The notes beneath the pieces were generated by a model. The model was not told the origin of the DNA. It did not search any database and was given only the letters and a program-made list of their open reading frames with translations. From Thermodesulfobacteriota bacterium (GTDB lineage: Bacteria; Desulfobacterota_D; UBA1144; Nemesobacterales; JAJCZQ01), in NCBI GenBank assembly GCA_965215275.1, contig OZ244044.1, positions 832,001 to 896,000 of the forward strand: DNA of 64,000 nucleotides, given 5' to 3'. A program made the translations under genes and the position numbers. Below, piece by piece: positions 35,144 through 45,679 of this stretch; the stretch's first letter is position 1, and each line of letters opens with the position of its first letter.

Positions 35144-37154
35144 ATGAATATGAACATCTTATTTAGAATAATCCCCCCCCCCATCTAAGTTAATAATATC
35201 CTTTTTCTTTCTTCTGTGCCTTGTATCCATTGAGGCATATGGCCAGCTCAATAACTGTGACACCAGTACGACCGCTTTCAATGATCCCTTATACGGCTGT
35301 CAGTGGCATCTGAAAAATACAGGACAGCTCGGGACTGTAACTGCCTCTGGAGAAGATATAAACATAGAAGGGGTATGGGATGATAATGTATTTGGTGCCG
35401 GAATTAACGTGGCGGTGGTAGATGATGGTATGCAAACGGGTCATGAGGACCTTGCTGATAATGTAAATACCAGCCTGAACCACGATTATTCAGGGAACAA
35501 TGACGTATACGACCCTTCAAAAACTCGTGGAACACGTGTATCGGGAGTTATAGCAGGAGCGGGAGATAACAGCCTTGGAGTAAGGGGCACAGCACCGCAG
35601 GCAGGCATCTATAGTTATAATTTAGCTGGTAACTTGAATAACGCTAACGCAAAGGATGCCATGATCCGTAATAGAGATACAACGGCTGTATCCATCAACA
35701 ACTGGGGACCGAATGACCTGCCTCTTCTCAGGGAGACTTCATCAGAGTGGGAGGAAGGAGTGGGAACGGGTATAAGTGAAGGGTTTGGTGGTAAAGGGGT
35801 ATTTTACGTGTGGGCTGCTGGAGATGGCAGCCGCGACCAGGCTAATTTTGATGAGTATTCCAACTACTACGCTGTAACCACCGTATGTTCGGTAGATGGA
35901 GAAGGAAGTAATAGTTCTTTTTCAGAAGAGGGAGTAAATCTTTGGGTATGTGCTCCAGGTGAACGTATAACAACTACTGATAATAACGATAGATATGTTT
36001 TTGATGCAAGAGGGACAGCATATTCAGCAGCGCAGGTTTCAGGTGTGGCGGCACTGATGAGAGAAGTAAACGGTAACCTTAGCTGGAGAGACCTTAAGCT
36101 GATACTTGCAGCTTCAGCTCGTAAGAACGACGCTTCTGACACGGGCTGGGAGACAGGAGCACATAAATATGGTTCTGATTCAGAAAGTTATAATTATAAT
36201 CCCAAATATGGTTTTGGTGTGGTAGATGCTGAAGCAGCAGCAGGACTTGCTGAAAGCTGGACCAATGTTCCAATGATGAGAACTCAGACCGCTTCCTCTG
36301 GGACTATTGATATGGCAATCCCCGACCACAACAATGGAGTAGACGGAGAAGCTACTGCCATACTGACAGTACCAGATACTTCTCTTTCTTTTACAGAGTT
36401 TATAGAGATAGAGCTTAATTTCTCTCACACATACTTTCCGGACCTGAACATACAGATAACCTCTCCTGACGGTACTGTGTCGCAACTTAGTAATAGATAT
36501 ATAGCAGACGCTTTATCATATGTAGTTAGTAATACACTCACCAGGAGCGACTTTGCGTACACAAACAAAACTCATCGTTTTGGTTCAGCCAGACACCTTG
36601 GAGAAGGTCCTGCCGGAGAATGGACTTTGAGAATATCTGACACTGCTAATGGAGATTCAGGGACTTTACACTCATGGAGCATTAAAGCCTATGGACATAG
36701 TACGGCACCAAGCTTTGACGGTGAGACGATAGATGATCAGGAGTATTTTACGGGTACAGCAGTAACAGAAACGCTGCCTGCTGCAACAGGAGGGGATGGA
36801 ACATTAACATACAGTTTAACACCTGCATTACCAACTGGATTGAATTTTAACGCATCTACCCGAGAGATAAGCGGAACACCCACCAGTGTATCATCGTCTG
36901 ATACTTACATGTATACGGTAACAGATGATGATGGGGATATGGCTGAGTTGAGTTTCACGATCAGGGTAGTGAATCGTCCTGCTCCGTTACCACCAAGACA
37001 AACACCAGGTACTGATGCTGGCGGTGGAGGAGGATGTACGATCTCCGATCAGAACGAAGCTGTTCCTGATATGCTCACAGCATTGGCATCTCTGATGCTG
37101 ATACCCTTATCAGTATTGATCAGAAGGAAGATAAGGTCTCAGATAAGTAATTAA
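35144..37154 (+). CDS. Kexin-like S8 subtilase homolog with P-domain, Ig-like domain and C-terminal anchor; frameshifted at C10 (35173-35182); catalytic residues altered
   Basis: DPLYGCQWHL, VVDDG, P-domain G.WTL...D....G.L.SW, GGGGGC plus TM; the signal peptide is in frame only with C9. Confidence 0.8.
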
Positions 37155-37664
37155 TAACTTACTCCTTTCCAGGACACTTAACTATCTGAGATATTTCCGT
37201 CAGATATAATTTCGTTAAAAACATCGTCTTTGTTCATTTGGAATAAGTTACATATACTATTCCCAGTTGTTGCTTGATATTCATGTAAGAATATCAGTAA
37301 CAATCTTTTAAGATTCTCTCTAACCTCAAGTTCACTCCACATAGGGGACCTGTCAGGAACGGGTTTGCGTCTCGATCAGACGTTTAAGTCTTATAACAAA
37401 CGAGGGGTTTCAATCAGCAGTTTCGTTCATTCTTTTGGTATAGTACTTTTTCATAGTATCTGTAGAAATTTCAATACTGCATGTTTCATCTATATCAAGC
37501 CCCATACGTGCCTCCTGCCAAGGTTCCTCATAGTGTGTGAAGTTCTAGGTATCGTGCATCGTAACCGCCATAAGCCGCCCATACATCATCTAAATGAAGT
37601 TTAAATATCCTTTGGCAGATCTTCTGCTGACGGTTCATTAAATGACGTTTCTATTGTTTTAAAA

Positions 37665-38985
37665 GGGAATTATAGTGAATAGTTGACAGAAAGAAAAATT
37701 GATAAACAGGTCAGAAATGGTAGTATTATAGTATGGTTAGAACGATTACAAGAACTGTAAAGGCAGATAGTGTTTTTCATAAAAGGCTGGATGAATTCTT
37801 ACAACAGCTTACCGACCTGTATAACGGAGCTTTATATCACAGATTAAGATCTTATGACTGGTATGAAAAAACTATCTCTAAATACGAACAGTTTAACGAA
37901 CTAACTGAGGTCCGAGAGCAAGACAAGGAATTTGAAAAGTTTAATGTTACAGCTCAAAGGAGCGTTCTGGAAAGACTGGATAATGCATACAGTCCTTATT
38001 TGAACTATTTAAAGAATAAAAAAGCAGGTAAGAAGGTCAGGAAGGTGGGCAGACCAAAATACAAAGGTCCAAACAGACCTGTCAGAAGTTTTGAAACAAA
38101 CAATTATAAAAATATTGAAAAGATCGGCAGAAGAACGTATTTAACGATAAAGGGAGTTGGCAGATTATCTTTCAAAGGTAGTATGCCTGACGGAGTTGTT
38201 TTAAAACAACCTAAAACAACAATAAGGATAGTTAAAACAGCTATAAGAATAAAGATCCAGTTTCTATGTAAGATTACCAGCGAAAAGAAAAGACCTATGG
38301 ACAGGTCCATAGGGATCGATCTTGGAATTATAAACAGAATGGCTTTTTCAGATGGAACTAAAATACCAGGAGTTCGGTTGAATAGAAAGGAACTGAAAAG
38401 AAAGCAGAGAATTGTTTCAAGAGCGGTAAAAGGTTCTGACAGCAGAAAGAAGAAAGTTTTATCGTTAGCAAAGGAATGGGAACGAACTACTGATCGTGAA
38501 AATAATGCTATACACAGATTAACAACAGAGATTGTAAAGAAATGTAATCATATAAAATTGGAAGATTTAAAGATTCAAAATATGGTAAAGAACAGGTACT
38601 TAGCAAAATCCATAACGGAACAGCAATGGGGGAAGATTAAAACACAACTTGACTACAAAGCCGAGATAGCTGGAGGCAGGCTGGTTTTAGTTAAACATCA
38701 TTATACAACAAGAGCTTGTTCTGAATGCGGAAAGGTAAATCCAAAACTGCCTCTGTCTGAAAGAGTATTCAGCTGTATGTATTGCGGTTATTCAGAAGAC
38801 AGGGATATAAATGCAGGTAAAAATATCAATACTCTTAATGAAGGAGACTTCATATCGGGTGGGAATAAGGTAGAAATACTCCCGATGAGTGCTAAGAGTA
38901 TCAGATCAAAAGAGATCGGGGATAGAGGAACTCTGCACTCAGAACAGTACGAGTAGTTGTTTGTCAGCTATTCACTATAATTCCC
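37665..38985 (+). mobile_element. Non-autonomous TIR element with IS1595-like ends carrying only tnpB
   Basis: 24-bp inverted repeats at 37665-37688 and 38962-38985 (23/24 identical); flanks ttttaaaa and ttttaaat. Confidence 0.9.
37733..38956 (+). CDS. tnpB: TnpB family RNA-guided endonuclease
   Basis: GIDLG, LEDL, TTRACSECG..FSCMYCG..EDRDINAGKNI; RuvC D-E-D intact. Confidence 0.92.
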   Translation: MVRTITRTVKADSVFHKRLDEFLQQLTDLYNGALYHRLRSYDWYEKTISKYEQFNELTEVREQDKEFEKFNVTAQRSVLERLDNAYSPYLNYLKNKKAGKKVRKVGRPKYKGPNRPVRSFETNNYKNIEKIGRRTYLTIKGVGRLSFKGSMPDGVVLKQPKTTIRIVKTAIRIKIQFLCKITSEKKRPMDRSIGIDLGIINRMAFSDGTKIPGVRLNRKELKRKQRIVSRAVKGSDSRKKKVLSLAKEWERTTDRENNAIHRLTTEIVKKCNHIKLEDLKIQNMVKNRYLAKSITEQQWGKIKTQLDYKAEIAGGRLVLVKHHYTTRACSECGKVNPKLPLSERVFSCMYCGYSEDRDINAGKNINTLNEGDFISGGNKVEILPMSAKSIRSKEIGDRGTLHSEQYE

Positions 38986-39274
38986 TTTTAAATCCAGAAC
39001 GTTTGTATTTTTTGTACAAACTTCTTACAGCAGGACCATGTATCCATGCTTCGATCGGGGCGTCATACAGTTTTCTGTTAAAAAATACTAAATGCCATGC
39101 TTGGGCATAATATACCAACTTCTGCAGTTTTAAGTTGGTAATGTGTCTGTCAGACTTATTGGACAGGTATATAAAATACTCTGCAATATCGGATAACTCC
39201 TGATATTTAGCCATAATATGTTCTTACAAAATAATCTTATAATACAATAAAGTACGTAACTTCCTTGCTTTAAG

Positions 39275-39658
39275 CTACTGTATTTCAGACTTGTTTTTTT
39301 CTGTTTTGTCTTCCTCGGACATTATCCGCTTAATGGCCTCATTGTACAGCTCTATATATTCCTCAATGCGGTTATGTATGGTTTTCTCCATTGTCTCAAG
39401 TTTGTCCGCATATTTATCGGTAAGTTTTATCTGAAGTTCAGCAAGCTGTCTGAGCTCCTCTTTCGAAGTGTTCTGCTCCAGTACTTCAGTGATAATCTCA
39501 ATAATTTTAGGATACAGATACGGAGCATTGTCCTGCATCTGAGCTTCAAGAGAGGATTCCCAGGTAAAGTACTTGTGCATAGCGAAGTTAAAAGGGTCTA
39601 TCTTCATACTTTTTCTTAGCTCTATTATCTTCTTTATAATATCAGCGGTATCTTTCAT
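39275..39658 (-). CDS. Hypothetical helical protein
   Basis: 127-aa ORF with no recognised motif. Confidence 0.55.
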   Translation of the reverse strand: MKDTADIIKKIIELRKSMKIDPFNFAMHKYFTWESSLEAQMQDNAPYLYPKIIEIITEVLEQNTSKEELRQLAELQIKLTDKYADKLETMEKTIHNRIEEYIELYNEAIKRIMSEEDKTEKNKSEIQ

Positions 39659-39753
39659 TTCATCACCAGCGTTATAAGACTATAAACAATTTAACACTCT
39701 TCTGATACCATACAACCATAAACTAAAAATAATCCGGTTATTCCAGCGACCGG

Positions 39754-42138
39754 TTAATATACGGTCACTTCTGGCTCCTCCGAGGTCAATTTCAACTTTT
39801 TACCCTTGTGAAACAAAGAGACTTCTTCACCTTTGGTCAATCTGTACTTTACTTTCTTTCTTGTGATCTCCACGCTTATCGTGCAACTTCTGAACGTTAC
39901 GGAAAACTTCAATTTCTTTATCTGTGGAGGGATACTGGGGGCAAACCCGAGCGTTCCTCCGTTACTTGTCATTCCGGCAAAACCAAAAACAAACACCATC
40001 CATGTCCCCGCCATAGAAGCGATGTGGCATCCATCTTCAACGTTACCGGACACATCGGCAAGGTCCATCAACGCGGATTGTCCCGCGTACAGGAACGATC
40101 TGTCATGATACCCTATCTTTGAAGCCATTATGCTCTGAATTGGCACTGACAGAGAGGAATCACCCGTTGTGATCGGATCATAGTAGTCAAAGTTTTTCTT
40201 CATATCGTTTTTGGAAAACCTGTGGTTCAGAAGGAACATCGTCAGTACAACGTCAGCCTGTTTTATCACCCTATGTCTGTAGATCACTAACGGGTGAAAG
40301 TTCAGCAGCAGGGGATACTTGTCCACAGGAGTGTTCTCAAAGTCCCATTCCTCCTTGCTGAGAAACTCGTCGTCCTGAGGATGTATCTTCATTTTCTCAT
40401 CATAGGGGATGTACATGCTGTCCACTGCCTTCTTCCAGATATCCAGTTCGGAAACGTCGAATTTCGTCTTATACACAAGGCTTTCAAATATCTCAGGTTC
40501 CGTTCTCTGCATCTTTTCGATGGTTTCTATCGCAAACCTCATATTCTCCTGTGCCATTAAGTTCGTATACAGATTGTTGTTAACCACCGTGTTATATTCA
40601 TCGGGTCCCGTTACGCCATTAATACAGAACTTTCCATTCCTCTTTTTTGAATAAAATCCCAGGTCCGCCCAGAGCCTTGACGTCTCCACCAGCATTTCCG
40701 CACCGTACTCAAAAAGGAAACCATTGTCCCCGGTGGCATTAACGTACTTCTTCAGTGCGTAAATTATATCGGCGTTTATGTGGTACTGAGCGGTGCCCGC
40801 TGCATAGTAAGCAGAGGCTTCTTCGCCGTTTATCGTTCGCCACGGGAACATCGCTCCTTTCTGATTCAGTCTTCTGGCGTATTCCCTTGCCTTATCCAGC
40901 ATGCCGTGGCGAAAGGTCAGAAGGTTCTTTGCTATCTTGGAGTTCGTGTAAACAAGGAAAGGCATAAGGAATATCTCTATATCCCAGAAGTAATGCCCTT
41001 CATACGCCTGTCCGGTAAGTCCCTTGGCAGGAACCCCCGCAGTCTTGACCATTGCGGTCGCCTGACAAATGTTAAACAGATTAAACCTTAACGCCTGCTG
41101 AAGTTGCTCCGTGGACAGGTCGGAATCCGCCCTCGACTTGTAAAGCATGACCTCGACGTCGCTTCTTTTCCAGAAATCATCAAGGTACTTCTGCTGTCCC
41201 TTGAGCAGGTCGTCAAAACCGAACTTCTTCGTTCTGCTGAGTGCCCTTTTTGCCCTGACGGCGAGTTCGTCCGGAGTGTGTGGCGCCGTTATCGTGGTGT
41301 GATAGGTCATGTATTTGGTCAGATCGATAGGTTCTCCCTTCCGGGCGTCGACCATATAGGTAACCTCTCCCCTGTTCTCTTCACATCCGCTTGAGTGAGA
41401 ATACGCACATCTGGTCTCAAGTTCATGATCTATACCCGCTGCAAGTCCCAGGCCGCTGTTCTTTGCAAAATGGCATAATACCAGTCTTGTATCATCCGCA
41501 TAATGCAGTGAGGGCTGAAGGACCCTGTATCCAAACCTTCTTGACAGCCTCGGGTCTGATTTCTTTTTATTTCCGTTGTCCGGACAGATGCTGTTGTTGA
41601 CGATATCAGAGGTTATGACCACCGGTGCATCCGCGTTCAGTACGGTCACGCTGTAGGAGATCGCAGCAAGATGACGATGTTGAAAAGATATGAGCCGTTT
41701 TGATCTGATAAGTACCTTTTTCCCTGAAGCCAGCTGCCATATTACCTCTCTGTCGAGCGTACCGCGCCTCATGTCCAGTACCCGTTCAAACTTCAGAAGT
41801 TTGGCCGTGGGAAGATAAAAAGGCTCGTCATCAACGTAGAGCCTTATTATCTTTGAATCCGTTACGTTTATGATCGTCTGACCGGTCTGGGCAAATCCGT
41901 AGGCTTTCTCACCATAGATTATCGGCCAGGATTCGTAAAATCCATTTACAAAGGTCCCGTTTTCAAAGCAGGGTTTTCCTTCTTCAAAAACGCCTCGCAT
42001 TCCAAGATAGCCGTTGGACATAGAAAATATGGTCTCAGTGCGGTTGAGCAGTTCAGGATAAAACTTCTTCTCTATGATCTTCCAGGGGTCCGGGGGATAG
42101 ATGTGTCTGGGCAGCTCGGTTATTCTTCCATGTATCAT
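39754..42138 (-). CDS. GH65 glycoside phosphorylase (trehalose/maltose/kojibiose type)
   Basis: SNGYLGMRG, KGLTG..YEGHYFWD.E, GPDEY, KQAD, DSSLS. Confidence 0.92.
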   Translation of the reverse strand: MIHGRITELPRHIYPPDPWKIIEKKFYPELLNRTETIFSMSNGYLGMRGVFEEGKPCFENGTFVNGFYESWPIIYGEKAYGFAQTGQTIINVTDSKIIRLYVDDEPFYLPTAKLLKFERVLDMRRGTLDREVIWQLASGKKVLIRSKRLISFQHRHLAAISYSVTVLNADAPVVITSDIVNNSICPDNGNKKKSDPRLSRRFGYRVLQPSLHYADDTRLVLCHFAKNSGLGLAAGIDHELETRCAYSHSSGCEENRGEVTYMVDARKGEPIDLTKYMTYHTTITAPHTPDELAVRAKRALSRTKKFGFDDLLKGQQKYLDDFWKRSDVEVMLYKSRADSDLSTEQLQQALRFNLFNICQATAMVKTAGVPAKGLTGQAYEGHYFWDIEIFLMPFLVYTNSKIAKNLLTFRHGMLDKAREYARRLNQKGAMFPWRTINGEEASAYYAAGTAQYHINADIIYALKKYVNATGDNGFLFEYGAEMLVETSRLWADLGFYSKKRNGKFCINGVTGPDEYNTVVNNNLYTNLMAQENMRFAIETIEKMQRTEPEIFESLVYKTKFDVSELDIWKKAVDSMYIPYDEKMKIHPQDDEFLSKEEWDFENTPVDKYPLLLNFHPLVIYRHRVIKQADVVLTMFLLNHRFSKNDMKKNFDYYDPITTGDSSLSVPIQSIMASKIGYHDRSFLYAGQSALMDLADVSGNVEDGCHIASMAGTWMVFVFGFAGMTSNGGTLGFAPSIPPQIKKLKFSVTFRSCTISVEITRKKVKYRLTKGEEVSLFHKGKKLKLTSEEPEVTVY

Positions 42139-42211
42139 CTCGGTATTCCTTCCAGGTCCGTTAACGTCAGCCTATATTTATAATTCAGTTTTTTCTGATT
42201 TCAAATGATTC

Positions 42212-42964
42212 TTACAAGACGAACTCTCCCAGGTCCTTAACCACCACGTCCGCCCCGTTAGATAACAGTTCACGCTCGTTACCTTTTCTTGCAATACCTA
42301 TTACCAGTCCGAAACTGCCGTTCCTGCCGGCCTGAACGCCCGATATGGCATCCTCTATTACGACCGCCCTGTCCGGTCTGACCTCCAGCTGCTTTGCAGC
42401 CTCAAGGTACGGGTCGGGTGAAGGTTTTCCTTTAAGTCTTTTCTGTGCTGCAGTTTTGCCGTCAACCCTTACGGGAAAAAGACAGGTGATCCCCACAGAA
42501 CTTAAGACAGCTTCGCAGTTACGGCTTGAGGATACGACCGCCGCTTTAATACCCGACCCCGTTATGCTTTTTACAAATCTCAGAGAACTTTGATATACTT
42601 CGACCTTACCGTCCCGTATGGCATCGTTAACCAGCTCGTTCTTTCTGTTCCCAATCCCATAAACGCTATCCTGCGAGGGAGAAAAGTCATGAGAACCTTC
42701 TTCCAGGCTTATATCGCGAGAACTTAAAAAATCCCTTACGCCCTGATACCTCGGCTTGCCATCAACGTAGAGCAGATAGTCCGACTTAATATCAAATGGT
42801 CTGAACTTACTGCCGGTCCTTTCCGCGTGACCTTTTAAAAATTCATCAAAGGTCAGTTTCCAGCAGGAGGCGTGTATCCGTGCAGAGTCCGTTATCACTC
42901 CATCAAGGTCGAACAAAGCCGCGTCAAACTTCTCAGGTGTTACCGGATTTTCAATTTTTGCCAT
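42212..42964 (-). CDS. Beta-phosphoglucomutase-like HAD hydrolase
   Basis: FDLDGVITD, DGKPRY.G, GKPSPD, EDAISGV; adjacent to GH65. Confidence 0.85.
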   Translation of the reverse strand: MAKIENPVTPEKFDAALFDLDGVITDSARIHASCWKLTFDEFLKGHAERTGSKFRPFDIKSDYLLYVDGKPRYQGVRDFLSSRDISLEEGSHDFSPSQDSVYGIGNRKNELVNDAIRDGKVEVYQSSLRFVKSITGSGIKAAVVSSSRNCEAVLSSVGITCLFPVRVDGKTAAQKRLKGKPSPDPYLEAAKQLEVRPDRAVVIEDAISGVQAGRNGSFGLVIGIARKGNERELLSNGADVVVKDLGEFVL

Positions 42965-43280
42965 AAAAATCTTTCTCTGTATTTATACTGAAACGAACGA
43001 GTGGAACGTGTCCCTGTACGAGTCTAATATAGCTGAAATATTCTCATTATACCGCAGTTTTATTCGTTCCTGCCGGTCCGGTCTGCTGGCTCCAGCAGGT
43101 GTCCTGACTTTACAGAACTTATGGGACAAAGTTCTGATCCTTTATCGTATAAAACCCAATGCAGAATTTATATGAGGTTTACTTATTTCACCGATCAGCT
43201 TGCACTCGCTGATCAAATTGTTGTATCATAATAGTCAGTTAACGGACAGGAACGGGTATCGTTCCGGGGAGAAAAAAACT

Positions 43281-44042
43281 ATGAGACTTAAAGATAAAAC
43301 CGCCCTGATAACCGGCGGCAGTGAGGGAATTGGAAGATCAACGGCACTGCTTTTCTGCAGGGAAGGAGCAAAGGTTGGAATTATGTCAAGAACTCCTAAA
43401 AATCTTAAAAAAGTCGTTTCAGAAGCAGAGGGAAAAGGAGAGATAAAGGCATTTACAGGAGACGTTTCAAAAGAAAAGGACGTTAAGAAGACAGTAAATA
43501 AATTCTATAAACAGTTTGGCAAAATCGATATTTTATTCAACAACGCCGGGATCCTCGAAGGTGGAACGGTAGTTACGACCTCAAATGAAGTCTGGGATAA
43601 AACGATGGATATAAACGTAAAAGGCGTCTTTTTAATGAGCAAGTACGTCGTACCCCTGATGGCAAAGCACGGCGGAGGTTCCATAATAAACAACTCAAGC
43701 GTTCTGGGAATAGTGGGAATGGAAGGCTGCATGGCTTATAACGCCTCAAAAGGTGCCGTGCGGCAGATCACACGAAGTATGGCACTTGATCATGCAAAGG
43801 ATGATATAAGGGTAAATTCCATCTGTCCCGGCTACATAAAAACAAAGATGGACGTTGAATTCATGGGGAATCCTCCGGACGCGGAGGAACAGCTTGACAA
43901 GATAGCAGCCGATATGATCCCAATGGTCAGAAGGGCTGAACCGATCGAAGTTGCACAGTCAGTGCTTTTTCTCGCTTCGGACGAATCAAAATACATAACG
44001 GGTTCCGACCTGGTGATCGATGGTGGATGGACGGTCCTGTAA
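43281..44042 (+). CDS. Short-chain dehydrogenase/reductase
   Basis: TGG..GIG, NNAG, YNASKG, IDGG. Confidence 0.9.
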   Translation: MRLKDKTALITGGSEGIGRSTALLFCREGAKVGIMSRTPKNLKKVVSEAEGKGEIKAFTGDVSKEKDVKKTVNKFYKQFGKIDILFNNAGILEGGTVVTTSNEVWDKTMDINVKGVFLMSKYVVPLMAKHGGGSIINNSSVLGIVGMEGCMAYNASKGAVRQITRSMALDHAKDDIRVNSICPGYIKTKMDVEFMGNPPDAEEQLDKIAADMIPMVRRAEPIEVAQSVLFLASDESKYITGSDLVIDGGWTVL

Positions 44043-44179
44043 AGGTATCCGGACTGATTATCGGACCGTGTCTATGCTGAAACGAATTCAGGTTTTAACA
44101 AGAATTAGATAGAAATTATATAACTATTTGGTTTTATCAGTTTTTACAGTATTACCACATATAACCCGATTATACATGT

Positions 44180-44644
44180 TTATCTTCTGTTCTTATCAGT
44201 CTCAAAGTGGCTTTTAGTTATTGCCACTATATAAACTGTTGCTAATTTAGTAAAATAAAATATTCTTTCTGTTTTACCTATTATTAACTCTTCTAATTGA
44301 ACAGATTTGTCCAAACCTTTAAACAATGGAGCATAATCGTTTATCCCTTTCACTTTCTTATTTTTGTTACTTATAAATTCATGAAATGGGTTATCTGAAA
44401 TATACTCTGTTGCTTGTATTTGATTGATTATGTTTGTTATTCTATTTGTTTCCTTTTCAGTAAAGTGGTCTATCTGACTTATTTTGTCATTATGGAATTT
44501 ATCATTATCAACTTGCCAGTATCTAATCTCATTAGGTTTGTTGGTAGGGTAAGCAACAGTTCTAATAATAGATTTTCTATTATTAGCATGAATCTCTTTA
44601 GATAGACTAATTCTGTGTTTTTTTATTACAGATTTTTTAACGAT
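44180..44644 (-). pseudogene. Uncalled ~150-codon open frame (probable Panacea toxin) lacking a canonical start
   Basis: Stop-free frame IVKKSVIKKHRIS..YAPLFKGLDKSVQLEELIIGKTERIFYF..VYIVAITKSHFETDKNRR*. Confidence 0.6.
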
Positions 44645-45140
44645 TTAGATTCTGCCTTTCTATCTTTGCTGTATTGTATCTATTACGATAATACTCTTTC
44701 ATTGATACAGCAGTAATTCTTGCATCTGAAACTTCTTTACAGTCAAGTTTTCCTCTTGCATCCTGCCAAGGTCTTTCGTAATGAGTAAGTTCTTCTAAAT
44801 ACCTTGCGTCAAAACCACCATAAACATCCCAAACTTCGTCAAGTATTTCCTTGGTCTTTTCAGAGAAGTTAAAATTGTTTACTACATTTACTTCTATTCG
44901 TCCAAATTTAAACTTATTGTATTTTTTCCACAAAGCATATACAACTGGGCCGTGTATCCACGCTTCTATAGGGTCTTTGAATAACCGTTTATGGTTAAAT
45001 ACCAGATTCCACGCTTGAGCATAATAAACTAACTTTTGCAGTTTTAAGTTAGTCATATACTTGTCATCCTTGTTGGATAGGTATATAAAGTACTCCGCTA
45101 TATCAGATAATTCTTTAGATAATTTTTTAGATTTAGCCAT
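44637..45140 (-). CDS. Panacea (DUF4065) antitoxin
   Basis: Close paralog of 34433-34936. Confidence 0.9.
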   Translation of the reverse strand: MAKSKKLSKELSDIAEYFIYLSNKDDKYMTNLKLQKLVYYAQAWNLVFNHKRLFKDPIEAWIHGPVVYALWKKYNKFKFGRIEVNVVNNFNFSEKTKEILDEVWDVYGGFDARYLEELTHYERPWQDARGKLDCKEVSDARITAVSMKEYYRNRYNTAKIERQNLNR

Positions 45141-45361
45141 AACAATCTCCTATAAATAATCTCACAATACAATAACAATTATTTAGATTATTTATAGAAT
45201 TATAATAGCAACTGTGAAATTTCTGTCAACCACTTGTTGCGTCAGTTTTACTAAATTAGAAATTTATATATTTAAGTTCATAAACCGAACATTAAAAAAT
45301 TTCATGCGTTCATATTAGTAAAAGGAGTTAAAAAATACTTGTTAATGCTAAAAACAAAATA

Positions 45362-45440
45362 AACATGGCAAATCGGGTTTATTACCATTCAATATCTCTT
45401 CTAATGTTAATATCTGAATTTTAGGAAATGCTCTGTTATT
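45362..45440 (-). pseudogene. C-terminal remnant of a restriction-modification enzyme
   Basis: FPKIQILTLEEILNGNKPDLP resembles the tail of methyltransferase-Mrr fusion proteins. Confidence 0.4.
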
Positions 45441-45679
45441 TGAAAGTATAACTTCTCTTTACAACTCCAATTTCCAAACGAAAACATTTTCACCTCGTCT
45501 TTGCAGAACATTATCACCAAAACCCGTTAAAAATCCCTTAACAGACTATCTTTATTGAAAAGACATCTTATCTGCATCACCTTTCACAATTGAAAAGTAG
45601 TGTTGCCGTACATAAAATAAATCATAAAATGTGGTATTATGATTTTATAGGTTTTGATAAGTAAACAGGTCATATCAAA

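Larger units (their letters stand above)
37410..39214 (-). pseudogene. Panacea antitoxin gene split by the TnpB element
   Basis: 5' half ends ...KRSGFK at 38986; 3' half continues TIETS..DDVWAAYGGYDARYLELLTHYEEPWQEAR; extra 1-nt frameshift near 37603. Confidence 0.9.

Noticed and set aside
37733..38956. Cas12f or nuclease-dead TldR
   Set aside because: No adjacent CRISPR array, and all three RuvC acidic residues are present.
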